DNA of 63,975 nucleotides, filler included, from Welwitschia mirabilis (Eukaryota): the NCBI GenBank assembly GCA_051453625.1. It is 10 parts of one record of this genome, joined end to end, with 100 filler letters (N's around TTAATTAATTAA, not from the genome) between each part and the next. Parts side by side here need not be neighbours in the genome. Positions count along the whole stretch, not along the records: positions 1 to 5,723 come from JBOZIK010000001.1; positions 5,824 to 23,137 come from JBOZIK010000001.1; 8 more parts are not named here. The stretch is one strand, 5' to 3'. Position numbers and translations under genes: made by a program. The notes below the pieces were generated by a model that was not told the origin of the DNA, searched no databases, and was given only the letters and a program-made list of their open reading frames with translations. This document shows positions 1 to 13,261 of the stretch, one piece after another (the first letter of the stretch is position 1; every line of letters begins with the position of its first letter).

Positions 1-1524
1 TGGAACAGGGATGTGTTGGGGAGAATTTATCATGAAAAGCAAGATACAACTGGAGATATTACAAAGAAAGTGAGAGATAATGTCCCAAACTTCAATGGGA
101 GGCTTGACCCATCAGTTTTTAAGGTTTGGTTGTCTACAATTGACAAATATTTTGAGTACTGTGACATGTCAAATGAGAGGCGAGTTTGATTTGCAAAAAT
201 GAAGTTGGTGGGCCTTGCAAAAGTTTAGTGGAGTGGAGTTGAAGGTGATATGAGAAGGTTGGGACAGCCACCACTTGGCACTTGGTTAGAGATGAAAGGT
301 AAGCTTAGGGAAAAACATATGCCACCAAATTATTATGATCACATTTGTGACTAGCTCATCAATGTTAGGCAGGGCAACATGGCAGTGGCAGAATATATGC
401 AACGATCTGACGAGCTTAGAACAAGAAGTCAAATCATTGAAGATCCTCGTGAAACATTGGCTCAGTTTAAATCTGGTCTAAGGTTTGATATTAGGAGAGG
501 ATTGCTTTGATAGCCTACCAATGGTGTAGAACATGCATTTCAAGTAGCCTTAGATAGTGAGGAATATTTATCAGTTCCATCTAATAGGAAATTCTCTTCC
601 CAAGCTGGGTTGACATCCTTGAGAAGGCCTGTGGAAGGCAGTGCCTCCATCTAGTCAAGGTCTGATGAGTCTAAAGGGAAGAGGCATGTGGGTGAGACTT
701 GCACAAGATTTGATGGCAAGGATTTTTGCTTCAGATGTGGAGGTAAAGGGCATATGGCCTACCAATGTCCAACCAAAACAAACCTTTATCTGGAGAATGA
801 AGAGATGACGAGCTGAACCAGCAAGAAGAGGCTGCTGATGTCAATAATGAAGAGAACCAAGTGTATGATGCAGATGATTTGCAACATTCAGATGTTGACA
901 CATCTGTTGCCATGGTGATCAGGTATACACTTGCAGCGCCAATACAAGAAATGGAAGATTGAAAGAGAACCATAATTTCCCAGACACTAATGACTTCTGG
1001 CAAGGAGATACGCAAGCTGGTCATAGATGGTGAAAGCTGTATGAATGTTGTTTCAACTTCTTTAGTTGAAAGGCTGAAGCTTCCTACACAACCTCACCCT
1101 CAACCATATCATATCGCATGGATTGACAATACTACTATACTAGTAACTCAACGTTGTTTAGTTTTTACGTCTTTTAATTGTTACAAAGATTCTATTTGGT
1201 GTGATGTGGTCCCCATGAATATTACACATATACTTTTGGGACAACCTTGGCTTTATGATCATGACATATATCATTGTGGGAAAGAAAACACCTATCATTG
1301 TCTGTGCAATGATAAGAGTATTACTTTACACCCTAAGAGTAGCAAAGAGCTAAAGAAACTCAAGGAAGCTAAACCTAAACAACAGGTTGAGAAGCCTAAA
1401 AAAGAGTTGTTAAATAGAAGAAACCACTCCAATTGCTAACCAAGAAGAAATGTATGTATGAAAGCAGAGAAGCAGGGATTATATATGCTGTAGTGACTAA
1501 GGAAGTGACAAATTCAGCTGGGAG

Positions 1525-4500
1525 TAGTGATTAAACAAGCAGCGACTAGTCCTCTCCAAATTTTTAAAACACCTATTTTTCAATCGGGAGTCGGCGTTCA
1601 GGCAACATTCGGCAACTAGTCGCCACCCAGATAGGGTCGACTAGTCACCAACCAATTGGGGAAAAGAAAAGTCGTTTGACCACAACTGTGGCGTGGACTT
1701 CACATTCCTGATCCTGCTCTCCAGTATTGCAAGCGCGAGTGTAGAGTGCAGAATGCACAGTCTTCATTCAATCTTCCTCTTCACTCTTCACACAGTCACT
1801 CTCACGCCAGTTTTTCTCATGCCCTCACAGTCTAATGCATTGGTCAGTTTCACTCTATTGCAATCTTCAATTTCATTCTATAAAAACTAGATCTTATTGA
1901 AAGTAGATTTTGAATAAAAACTAAATCTTCAATTTCATTCTATAGAAGCTCAGATTTTGAATAAAAATTAAATCTTTATTGTGTATGGAACCATGCTAAT
2001 CTTGAAATGCACTGTTCCTTTACATTAACTTTTGTAGAAGCATTTTGAAGTTTGAACTATACTTGCATTACACTAGAATTTTTTAATACCTATTGTTTGT
2101 AAGGGACACAAAACCAAAATAAATTCTATAATGTGCATGGCATATTTTTTTACTACATTTGTCATTACAATCAAAAGCAATTGATCCTGTTGCATCCATT
2201 TGTAAAACCACATTTCTGTTCATCCGATTGATTGTTCATGCTTCCTGAACTTCAATCTGTTTCCACACCAGAAAGAATATTCACTTAACCACATCCACCC
2301 AACTCTTTTGGCTTGGCAATTCCTCATAAAGGGTGAAACACTTTTAGAACTAATTATCCTTCATGCACTTTTGTATGTCACTTCTACTTAGTCTTCTAAC
2401 TTGTCTGATACTTCTGTGTTGCTTTACGGAAAGAAAGAGATAAATAATGTACACCATTAAACTTCAAATAAACGTGTTTTGGGACAATGATCGAAGCATA
2501 TACACTTAAATCACACTACTGATCAACTGAAACTGATGCTTCTTATTGATTATTTAACAGAACAGAAACTTAATCAATACTAAAATAACTTATAAAATTA
2601 AAGACTTATATTCTAATTCACAAACTTTTTCTCACAGTTGTTTCCCTTGTTGTTTATACTGAGTTTGAAAACAAAACTGCATTAGAAATGTTAAATGAGT
2701 AATTGAAAGTTTGAAACTATCACTGCAAATTTGCATTAACGGTAATCATCATTCTACATTCTAGGAAAACTTGCACACCCAAATTCGCCAAATTTATGAA
2801 CTATGAACCATGAACCATGAACAACGTAAGGTAATACTTCTTTTCAATAAGTGTCTGTGCTTGTTATTTTGTCAGCCAAATTTATTTAATTGTAAAAGAT
2901 ACTCCTTAAGCACAAGCCACAAGATCAAAGCATTCTTATGTATTCAATTTCTTGTAGTATAAAAACTATTCTTGAGCTCCAAAAACAACGTTTGTCTTCC
3001 TCCTTAGATATTTAAATTACATTTATCTTTCCACTTTCAATTAAATTTGATGATTTCTTGGTTTTGATTTATGACAATATCTAATTTAAAATTTCCAATT
3101 GATACTTGTTTGTAGTGGTTAAACATGCCAAGCAGGGATCCAACATCGCAACATTGTACACCACCAAATCCTAGAAATTTGGATGTGCTAAAATGTAATT
3201 ACTGTCAGGCCACATATCATGGATGTATAAATAGAATGAAATATCACATTGCTCAACTATCTGGTCATGACATTGTGCCTTGCCCTAACTTACACAGCAT
3301 TTTTGTGATGGAAGAAATGCGTACATATTTAAACTGCAAAGAGGAGCAAAAAAAAAACAAGGCAAGACTTGTAGATCTTCTAGCAGAAAGGCAAATGGAG
3401 AGAGCTAGGTGTGGTTCTACAACCGAGCACAAAGCCTCTATGTCCAAAGTTAGAACAGTTGATGGTTGGGAGCGTATGACTACAAATTCAGGGGCACATG
3501 CTTCTTCTTCTCCTCTTGATGTTGATAGTGCTACCAAGGCCTAGCATGAAAGTGGTAATTGTCCTCCACTTTCTAGTCCCACACTTGGCTCATCTTCTTA
3601 GGGATTAGAGTCTTATTATTGACCCATTCAAAGTAGGCTTGTTAATTTCATGCCTTCACGTTATGGTCCTGGTACTCAACAGACAATTGAAACAAGCATG
3701 CATCCTAAGGAGGATGTAGTCAAGAGAGCACGCAAGGTACTTGCACAATTTGGGTATTCAAAGGGCTTGCCATGACATGCATTTGCGAGTCCCATGTTTC
3801 AGAGGGTTTGTGATGCTATTGATGAGTGTGGGCCAAGTAATTTCAAAGCTCCCACTTACATAGAGATACGGACATCCATGTTAGATGATGTCAAACATGA
3901 TATTGAAGACATGATGACCCAGCATAAAGAGGTTTAGAACAAATCGGGATGTAGCATTTTCGCAGAGGGTTGGAGTGATAGACGGGATAGAAATCTCCTT
4001 AATTTTTTTGGTAGCATCATCTTCAAGAACAATGTTTTTGAAATCTATCGATGCATCAGACAACATAAGAAATGTTGAGTTCTTGTTTGAAGAGTTCAAA
4101 AAAGTGATTGAAGAAGTAGGACCTAGCAAGGTTGTCTAGGTAAATAGTTCTTGTTTAATTCAATTAAACTCATTCTCTCCTTCTGAAAACAAAGATGTAG
4201 TCTAGTAGTCTTGTACTCTTGTACTTGGCCCTATTTATTTTGTCTTGTGTAGGTTGTTACAGATAATGGATCTGCCTATAAGGTAGCAAGTAGATTGTTG
4301 ATGCATCATTATCCACATTTATATTGGACTCCTTGCGTAGCACACTGCATTGATCTTCTTCTTGAAGACTTTGGAAAATTACCTTAGATTAAGAAGGTAA
4401 TTAACCAAATATTTGTAATATTAAGATGTAGTGTTAGTAATACATTAGATATTTGTTTATGTATTTCATAATGAAAATGTGAAATATGACTTGAGAATTG

Positions 4501-6782
4501 AGAAAGTGTCATTTATTATTGTTTAGGTGGTGCAAAGGGCAAAATTTGTATCAAAATTGGTGTACACCCAATTCCATGTTCATTATCTTTTTCATCAGCA
4601 CTCTAATGATAAGGAACTTCTTAGGCCTGGCCACACAAGGTTTGTGACAAATTTCTTAGTATTAGATAGCATGCAAGAAGTGAAGCAAGCATTAATGGAG
4701 ATGTTTTGTAATCCATCATGGAGTCATGATAAAAGATTTGCTTCACTTCGTCATACTTTTGAAGCTACTCGTACGACAGACATTGTTTTTGATTGTGCTG
4801 ATCATCTAGGCAAATTTTGGTTTGAAATGAAAAATATCTTACAGGTAACAATTATTGTTTTTATATTCATAAATACTAAAACACATCATCTTTAATTTTT
4901 TGATTTGCAAATTCGAATTTCATGTTCACTTATTTACATCTTTACAAGTTGTAGGTCACCCAACCATTAGTGCTTGTTCTTCGAAAGGTAGATGGCGAAA
5001 GACCTTCTCTGGCATATGTGTATGAAGCTATGTCAAGGGCGAAGGAGGGCATTTGTTCCTATCTTACAGAGAGTGGTCTTCTTGACAGATTTGCAAACAT
5101 TTCTACAAGAATATATGAAAGGTAAGAAGCACATAAGTCATATACTTGAAGTTTGATATTTTCATTTCTTACAATCATTTTTACTTATGTGATTTCTAAT
5201 TTGATATATTTTTGATATTGGAAATAGATGGGACAATCAAATGCACAATGATTTGCATGCTGCCACACATATATTAAACCCACAATTTGGATTTGGAAGG
5301 GACTTTGATCATACGGAAGAGGAAATATGCTTGAGATTAGGACTTCATAACGTGCTAAATAAAATGGTACCAAATCTAGGTAAGAGAGACCAAGTGACAA
5401 AAGACTTGGTCATGTACAGAAAAAGGATAGGTTTGTTGTTTCGTACGCCTAGGGCGAAGTCATTGAAATCTCAGCTGAAGCCAGGTTAAATAGGTTGTTT
5501 TTATTGTATCCAAGAATGAATAACTTGTTTTCGGACTAAAAGTATTACCTAAATGATGTGTTCTTTCATTTGTTTAAAGGATTGGTGGTCTGAATATGGT
5601 TTGGAGACTAAGAATTTGAAAGAAATAGTCATTCGTATTGTTTCATAGCCATGTAGTGCAGCTGGTATTGATTTGAACTTTGAACTTCAACATTACTGAT
5701 TCTTTTTTCATTGTGTCTTTTTGNNNNNNNNNNNNNNNNNNNNNNNNNNNNNNNNNNNNNNNNNNNNTTAATTAATTAANNNNNNNNNNNNNNNNNNNNN
5801 NNNNNNNNNNNNNNNNNNNNNNNCATAACCAGCTTACAACCCAAAGGTTAAATGATCTAGTTTTTGTCCATCATAACCTTATATTTGATCTAAAGGAGTT
5901 GGCATCAACAACTTCAGATGTGATGGACCTAAATGATATTCACCCATCATGGTTTAGAGAGGGTGATGGAGATGATAATGATCCTCATGACGATGATACT
6001 CCTATTGATACTCCTCATGTTGGTACTCCTTCTGATAATGATAGTAGAGATCATAATCTTCATGAAGGCATTGCAAGTCATGCCTCTTTTGATTCAGAGC
6101 ATACTAATGATGAGGAGCCTTTGTTAAGTGTGAAGGAGGTAAGCATGCCTCAAATAGAGACTAATCTAGTACTGTACAACCTTCACATCATTCTAATGTG
6201 TATCGACCACAAAGGAAGCTATTAATACATAGGAAGACTGACAAGGTTTTTCCTAAGAACCCTTAGGACATTACTAGATGTTGAAAGTTGAAACTTTTGT
6301 TTGATATTGGTTTTCTACTAAACATTTAGATGATTGGATTATGGTTTCATGTCTCATTGTATGTATGGATAATATATCATGCATTGTTTTGTACTATTGT
6401 TGTAATTTTTCCATTAGTTTAATACATGTTTTAGATGTATAACTTGTTCTAATTATAAATTGGTCATTCATATCATCATGTGTCAACCGTGGTTTCAAAG
6501 TTTTAATTGTATGTTTCAAGATTCGATTGGTAAGTCACAAATTCACAATGCATCTAAAAAATGTTCATTTAAAACTTCTAATCGCATTAGTAAAGGGTTA
6601 TACGTATCCAAAAAGTGATCACTAATGTCTTACATTGTTGAGATTAAAGAAAAATATTTTTTTAATGCTTTTCTAATGCCGATGATTTTAGCCGGCTTTC
6701 TTGCCGACTAGTCTCTGACTCAATGTACGAACTTTTTTTCAAAGGTTGCTGACTTTTTACTTTTCCAACTTTTTAATCACTG
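1525..6782 (+). mobile_element. hAT DNA transposon (BED/DUF659/dimerisation-type transposase, inactivated) inserted in the gypsy pol
   Basis: TIRs TAGTGATTAAA...TTTAATCACTG; 8-bp TSD GCTGGGAG (1517-1524) / GCTGGGAT (6783-6790); subterminal gactagtc motifs. Confidence 0.92.
3125..6138 (+). pseudogene. Spliced hAT transposase pseudogene
   Basis: BED finger CNYC...MKYHIA...C, GWSD, VVTDNGSAY, WTPCVAHCIDLLLEDFGK, TRF, WDNQMHNDLHAATHILNP, DWWSEYG, RLNDLVFVHHNL. GT-AG introns at 4140-4252, 4397-4526, 4845-4954, 5122-5227, 5485-~5577, 5665-gap. Contains premature stops. Confidence 0.88.
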
Positions 6783-6896
6783 GCTGGGATAGCATACAAA
6801 ACTACTTGTAGAGGGGAGTAACTTAGTAGAAGACTTCTTAGATATTGCACTAGATGATTTGCCAAACACCTTGCCACCCATGCTTAGTGTTCAACA

Positions 6897-7144
6897 TGTT
6901 AGAAAAATGCAGCAGAGCAAAATGCAAATATCAACACACCAGATTTACGTGGAAAACCCTAATGTGGGGAAAANNNNNNNNNNNNNNNNNNNNNNNNNNN
7001 NNNNNNNNNNNNNNNNNNNNNNNNNNNNNNNNNNNNNNNNNNNNNNNNNNNNNNNNNNNNNNNNNNNNNNNNNCTATATAAAATATATAAAGTCACACTA
7101 TAAAGGAATAAATAATATCAAGAGATTTGGCTTCACTTCCAACA
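6897..7144 (-). mobile_element. Copia LTR insertion (solo LTR, or element collapsed across the N gap)
   Basis: TG...CA termini with perfect 5-bp TSD CAACA (6892-6896 / 7145-7149). Removing it restores gypsy [14 protein letters not shown]. The minus-strand start tgttggaagtgaagccaaatc resembles the LTR at 50463. Confidence 0.85.
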
Positions 7145-9780
7145 CAACATGCAATTGATCTAGTTCCCAGTGCACAACTGCCAAACTTAATAGCCTACAG
7201 AATGAATCCTATGGAGCATGTGAGTTGAAGAGGCAAATAGATGAGCTCTTAGCAAAGGGTTTCATTAGAGAAAGTTTAAGCCCTTGTGTTGTACCCACTT
7301 TGTTAACAGCAAAGAACAATGGAAGTGGGTGTATGTGTTTGGATAGTCATGTTGCCAACAAGATAACCGTTGAATCCTAGTTCCCTATACCATGACTTGA
7401 CGATATGTTGGACATGATGGCGAAAGCTACCATCTTCTCAAAAATGGATCTTAAAGGTGGATATCACAAAATTTGTATTCGCCTTAGAGATTAGTGGAAA
7501 ATGGCATTCAAAACCAAGGATGTGCTTTTTGAATGGCTTATCATGCCTTTCAGCTTATGTAATGCACAAAGCACCTTTATGAGAGTTATGACCCAGGTAT
7601 TTCAGCCTTTTATCGGTAAATTCCTAGTCATATCCTTTGATGATATATTAATCTATAGCAAGGGAAGAAGTGAGCACCTCTCTCATTTACAACATGTCAT
7701 GAAGGTTCTACAACACCAAAAATTCTACATAAATATGAAAAAGCATTTCTTTTTGAGTCCTTGTGTTGTATTTTTGGGATTTGGGCTTTATTGTTTCTTC
7801 TAGAAGGATGGAAGTAGACCCAAAAAAGATCAAAGCTACTGTTGATTGGCCAAAGATGACTACACCACATGAAGTGAGGAATTTCCATGGGTTAGCGACC
7901 TTTTACCAAAGATTTATTCGAAATCTTAGCATTGTTATGGCCCCAATAACTGATTGCATGAAGAAGGGTCAGTTTACATGGATGTGAGCAGCTTCCAGAG
8001 CTTTGGAAGAGGTCAAGAATCTTATGACACAAGCACAAGTGCTACAATTACAAATTCCTCTAAGGCATTTGAAGTGGCTTGTGATGCCTCACATGTAGAG
8101 ATAGGTCATATTCTCAATCAAGAAGGTCATCCTTTTGCATTCTTTAGCGAAAAGCTTAATGATGCCGAGCAAAGATACTCCCCTTATGACAAGGAATTTT
8201 ATGTGGTGGTGCAAACGGCAAACCTTGCATTATTGAAGGCACTATCTCCTTCCAACAGAATTTGTCCTATATTCCAACCATGAAGCTCTCAAGCACATTA
8301 ATAGTCAAAAGAAATTGAATACAAGGCATGGAAAATGGGTTGAATTCTTACAAGCTTATACTTTTGTCATCAAACATAACACTAGTTTTGAAACTAAAGT
8401 CGTTGATGCTCTTAGCTGAGTGGTATATGTACTTACTACTATGTCTGCAAAGGCAGTGGGCATTGGGTGCTTGAGGGAAGAGTACCCAAGGTGCAAAGAT
8501 TTCAGCATTATATATGTTGATTTGCTTGCCCGACAGCAGCAAGACTATGCAGGATTTTCTTTATAGGTAGGCTATTTATTCAAGGGACATCACCTATGTG
8601 TCCCATCCACACCAATTCATGACTAGCCTAGCCTCAAACATGATGTTGCAAAGTTAGTATCAGAGTGCCGCACATGTCAATTGGCAAATGAAAAGAAGTA
8701 GAACACAAGTCTTTATATGCCACTTCCTATTCCACACAAGCCTTGGCAAGATATAAGCATGGACTGTGTTCGAGGGTTGCCAAAGGACATTCGGGGGCAT
8801 GATTCTATTCTTGTTATGGTTGATCAGCTTTGGTTCATTTCCTCCCATGCTCTAAAACCAAGGATGCTACACATATGGCTAAGTTATTCTTCAAGGAAGT
8901 TGGGCATTCCCATCCATTACCTAAAACTATTGTCTTAGATAGGGATAGAAAATTCACTAGCTACTTTTGTCAAACGTTATGGCATTTGATGAACACTCAA
9001 CCAAAATTTTCTTTAGCTTTCCATCCTCAAACCGATGGGCAAACTGAAGTTGTTAATAGAAATCTTGGGGATTTACTTTGCTACTCTATAGAAGATAAGA
9101 TTACAACATGGAACTAGTCCTTCAAATGGCTGGATTTGAGTGTAACAGTTCTGTTAATAGAACTAGAGGTCACAACTCATTTGAAATTGTCTTGGGTTTA
9201 GAGCCAAGAAAACCCATAGACTTGGTTCCCTTACCACTTTCAACGCATTCTAGTGTAGAAGCAGATGTGTTTGTTGAGCTTATTCGAGAGATACATGCAG
9301 ATATGCATCGCAACTTGCTTCTAGCAATCATAACTACAAAAGCCAAGCAGACCTACGTCGCCGCCATGCAAAATTCACAGTTGGTGACCAAGATATGGTG
9401 TGTGTATGATCTGGAAGGTATCCAATCAGCAAGTATAAGAAGCTTCAATACCAAAGTATTGGACTTGCCAGACAGTATGAGAATTCATAATATCTTTAAT
9501 ATTGAAGATCTTGCACTTTACTTTGAACACTTTGAAGCTTCTCCTAGTAATGTTATTATTCCTTGTCTTCCACCAGCCTCTTATGTTCAAGATGAAATTG
9601 AGGATATTCTGGACACCAACATCATATCAACACAGGGAGTGGCTACCAGAAATACTTAATCAAGTGGAAGAATAGGCCATGGTCTGATTTTACATGGATT
9701 TCAGATGAAGATTTTCAGCAATTAAATCATTACCCNNNNNNNNNNNNNNNNNNNNCGAGTTTTCCCAAGTAGTGGAAAGA

Positions 9781-10515
9781 TGATGCAATTCATGTGCCTG
9801 GAAGATATGAGAAATATTGCAAGAGAAAAGGGAAGCTGAACTCCAATGCAAACATGGTGATTTGGCAAGATTCTAATTTAGAACTTGCCTAGGGACCAAG
9901 ATAGCTGATGCTGTATTATACATTGAGTTCTATTGTGTGGGTATTTTGTAGTTTTGTTTGCTTAGTGGTGGAGTAACTCTGAAAGAGTCTAACAGCTGCC
10001 TAGCTGTAATCTACTTAGCTTACAACCATTGGTCAGCCGTAATCTTAAAGTTTACAACTGTGCTCCTACTTTACAGCTAATACATATCTGTAAGCCTCCT
10101 AGTATACGTTTGCGTATGTCTACTCTAGATGTTGACCAGCTGTCCATGCGCTGTCTAGATGTCTAACCAGTTGACTAGGGTCTATGTCATACCCCGTAAT
10201 GATTTTGATTTCAGTAGTAAATGAATGAATCAGAGTTTCAGCTTACAGCTTTGTTTTGAGGGTCCAATTGCCTTCTATCCTAGTGAGTGATTCCTAGGCT
10301 TAATCTTCCTAGTTCCCATCATTTGTCCTCTTTTGCTGTCTCCTACAATCTGCCCCTGCAGAATACTTTAACATTTCTCATATCGTTCTCCCAATAACCC
10401 ATATAAACCCTCAATCCTTGACTAGACTGCTTCCTTACAGTCCTTAAGCCATTTTCAAACCTCTATTAACCTAAAGCATTTGGAAATAGTGCTGTTTATG
10501 ATTGATCCTGCATCA
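9781..10515 (+). repeat. 3' LTR of the CRM-like element
   Basis: Starts TGATGCA just after a purine tract (aagtagtggaaaga) and ends TGCATCA, a perfect 7-bp terminal inverted repeat. Copia coding sequence resumes right after it. Confidence 0.75.
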
Positions 10516-13261
10516 ACAATCCTTGCAAAAAGCAAAAATAGCAGTATCAACAAGAATGTGTTTCGACGTTTGAAGTATCTTTCATGTTTGTCATCTAACA
10601 TGTCCCATACTGCTATGTCAGCTGCTAAGGAAGCACCTCTACATGGTTTCCCATGAATTAACTTCCTCAAAAGAAAGAAGCACTGCTATCCAAAACCCAA
10701 ATGTCATCAGCTAAATTATCAGAAATATTAACTTATGAGTCCAAGCAAATGAATGTCAAATTTGCCTTCCATCAATTTGATTCGAGCTACCACTTTTTCC
10801 TTAGACTTCTTCTTAGATGTCTCCATTTCTATGGATTTCTTGAAGACATAACATTCTTTCTTGAATTGGCCCTTTTTTCTTGCAAGACCAATGCTCAATG
10901 TTTCATCTACAAGAACCTACTCTACTTTTGCTTCTGCCATGTTCATTTCCTTTGGTTTGTGATAGTCTCCTACAAACAGCAAAAGCCTCACATCCAAAGT
11001 TCATAAATTTGGGCTTATCTACAGCTAACAACTTCGAAATTACAAAATAGCAAAAGTTATTTATACCACTGTCAAGGTGATACAGGCAATTTCCCATGAG
11101 TCAGGTATTAAACAAAGTGCAGCCACTAAGAAACTTTCTAGAAATGTCACCTGCAAATCATCTAGCTGTGAGAATAGATTGTTCATATCATTAAAATGCG
11201 CTTGGAACAAAGACCCTTTTTCCATCTTCATTTTGAAGACTCTATTAATGATATAGCATTGGTTAATTCTAGGGGATGTGTCATATCTCTCATTCATCAT
11301 TTTCCAGAGAGCATGCATTTTGTGATTTCTCTGTAAATCTAAAATATGTCATTGTTAAGACAAAGACAAATCTGAGCAAGAGCCATTCTGTTAAGACAAT
11401 TCCATTCCTTATTTGGGTACTTGTTCCTCCAATCATTGTCAAAATGCCTAGAAGCAGTGTTTGCTTCATGCCTCGGCTTCAAATCTGTCACATCCTTTTA
11501 GATAAAGAGCATCTTCTATCAAGGTTTTTCAACACTCCAGTTTTTAGCTCCTACCCACCTGTTTTCCATTTACAAGTTCTACATTCTGCTTTTCCTAAAA
11601 ACACCAACAAGACATCCTAAGATTGCAGAATTGTAGGGATGCCAAAAATTGATTGTGCAACCACCCAAAAAGTTCAAGCATGCATGTTTCACTTGCATGT
11701 GGTTGCTATCATCCCTTGTAGACCAACACTCTGCTCTGTTCACTTTGTTCTACAACATATCCCATTTGGGTTTGCTATAACAATTTGCTCTGCTTGGCTC
11801 ACTCCTCTTCACTTATACTACTTTGCTTTGCTTTGCTCACAAATCAGTGACTACTAGACTAATCAACAAAATTCCATAGGACGAAACCTTTTTTCTAATC
11901 ATTATAGCGAGACTCTAAATCACCACCCAACTTGGTTAGGTGGAAAAACTTGTTACTTGGCTTGGCCACAGAGCAGATGTGGCACAAACATGGAAATAAA
12001 AAAGAGTCACTAAAGAATCTTATTTTTAAGCATTTCAAATAAATTTAAGTATTTCAATGATGTTTTTAGATTTTATATACTACATTAAGCCATTTAAATG
12101 TACAATATAAGATGCATTAACATGATTTACAACATTACGTCATACATGAGAACTGTATGTAGCCTTGTTTTAATATACATTGCTTAAAAACATTTTAACA
12201 TAAAACATTTCAACTTGTAAACAACTAACACAAACAATTAAAAAAAGAGAAAAAAGAAAAATCAAAGAAGAGGAGGAAAAAGGACAACATCTAAGCATGA
12301 GAGAAGAACTATCAAACACCATCAAATTAAGCATTAAAGTAGAGGACATGCTCTTTTGTTAAAAACTGGTTTATCTTGAAAGAAAGAGAACTAAAATTTT
12401 TCAAAAACAACTAGTTTATTCTAATGGAAAAACAGGAAAACAGCCAAAAAAAAGAAAAAACAAGGAATGAGATGCAAATTGAGGAAGCTGACCTCTAAAA
12501 CTTTTTAGACTAGTGCTACTTAAAGGGCACAAGGATGTCCAAACTTCAGAAATCTTCTCCAGGGATGCAAAAATGAATTTAAGTGTGCTAGAACTCAGCG
12601 AAAGGGTTATATACACCCTCAGACTTTGATGGGACCAATCATAATTAACATAAAAATAAGAATTTTCTAAGAAAAGAAAACTTATTTTTTGATAGCCACT
12701 AACTTGTGTTGACTTTGTTGGACTTGCTGAGACTTGTGAGTTAGCAAGCTATTAGGCAACTTATGAAATTTCATAGAAAACTCATACTAGAGTTTTATTG
12801 TTAAGGTCTCTGTGGGGAACCCGTGACTTGGAGAGTACTCACCGACTCATGGGAGTCTTGTTGTAATGACTCTATACCACTCGTTGAAAAATGGCTACAG
12901 AAAACAGAGGGAAACAACAAACAAAACCAGCAAGTAATACACACAAAATTGCATGGGGCAGGTCTTTCCTACCATGCTTCCATGGAATAGTGCAAAAGCC
13001 CTCCTTATTAATGGACATGTAAAGGATACTACTTATCCTCAATAGCTAGCCATTAACACTCAAAACAAGCCAAAAAATCATATGCCCATGTCTCTTAGAT
13101 AGTTGCACACCCCCCTTTTGTGAAAGACATTAGGTTAAAACCCTAATGGGATAACCCAACACTGAGCCCTCTTAATTAATTTGAAAAACCCATACAAACA
13201 CCCAATGTTATTACAAAGAGGAAAGGAATGAGACAATTAAAGATTTGACTTAATTCTAACA
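10516..13261 (-). mobile_element. Tork/Tnt1-like copia 5' part (LTR, PBS, gag, protease), interrupted by the gypsy
   Basis: LTR 13261-12882 (starts tgttagaattaagtcaaatc), degenerate tRNA-Met PBS gtggtatagag ~12880-12870, gag NQCYIINRVFKMKMEKGSLFQAHF...SQLDDLQVTF (homologous to the 46.7 kb gag), zinc knuckle, protease IWVLDSSASF ~10710. Confidence 0.8.
11900..12868. mobile_element. Non-autonomous TIR element (hAT-type MITE)
   Basis: Termini cattatagcgagactc / gagtcttgttgtaatg form a 13/16 inverted match. AT-rich non-coding interior with subterminal gact/gagt motifs. 8-bp TSD only 4/8 (tcta core). Confidence 0.6.

Larger units (their letters stand above)
1..10515 (+). mobile_element. Degenerate Ty3/gypsy chromovirus (CRM-like); 5' end lies outside the window
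   Basis: gag (VPNFNGRLDPSVF; zinc knuckle CFRCGGKGHMAYQCP ~727-771), protease IDGESCMNVVS (~1023), RT ([19 protein letters not shown]), RNaseH (FEVACDAS), integrase ([22 protein letters not shown]), chromodomain ~9591-9728, then a 3' LTR. Many stops and frameshifts. Confidence 0.9.

Noticed and set aside
5768..5779. TTAATTAATTAA palindrome between N runs, recurring at ~23182, 25838, 31909, 36723, 53851, 59387, 61345 and 62780
   Set aside because: Always embedded in N runs: an artificial six-frame-stop scaffolding linker, not a biological repeat or CRISPR-like array.
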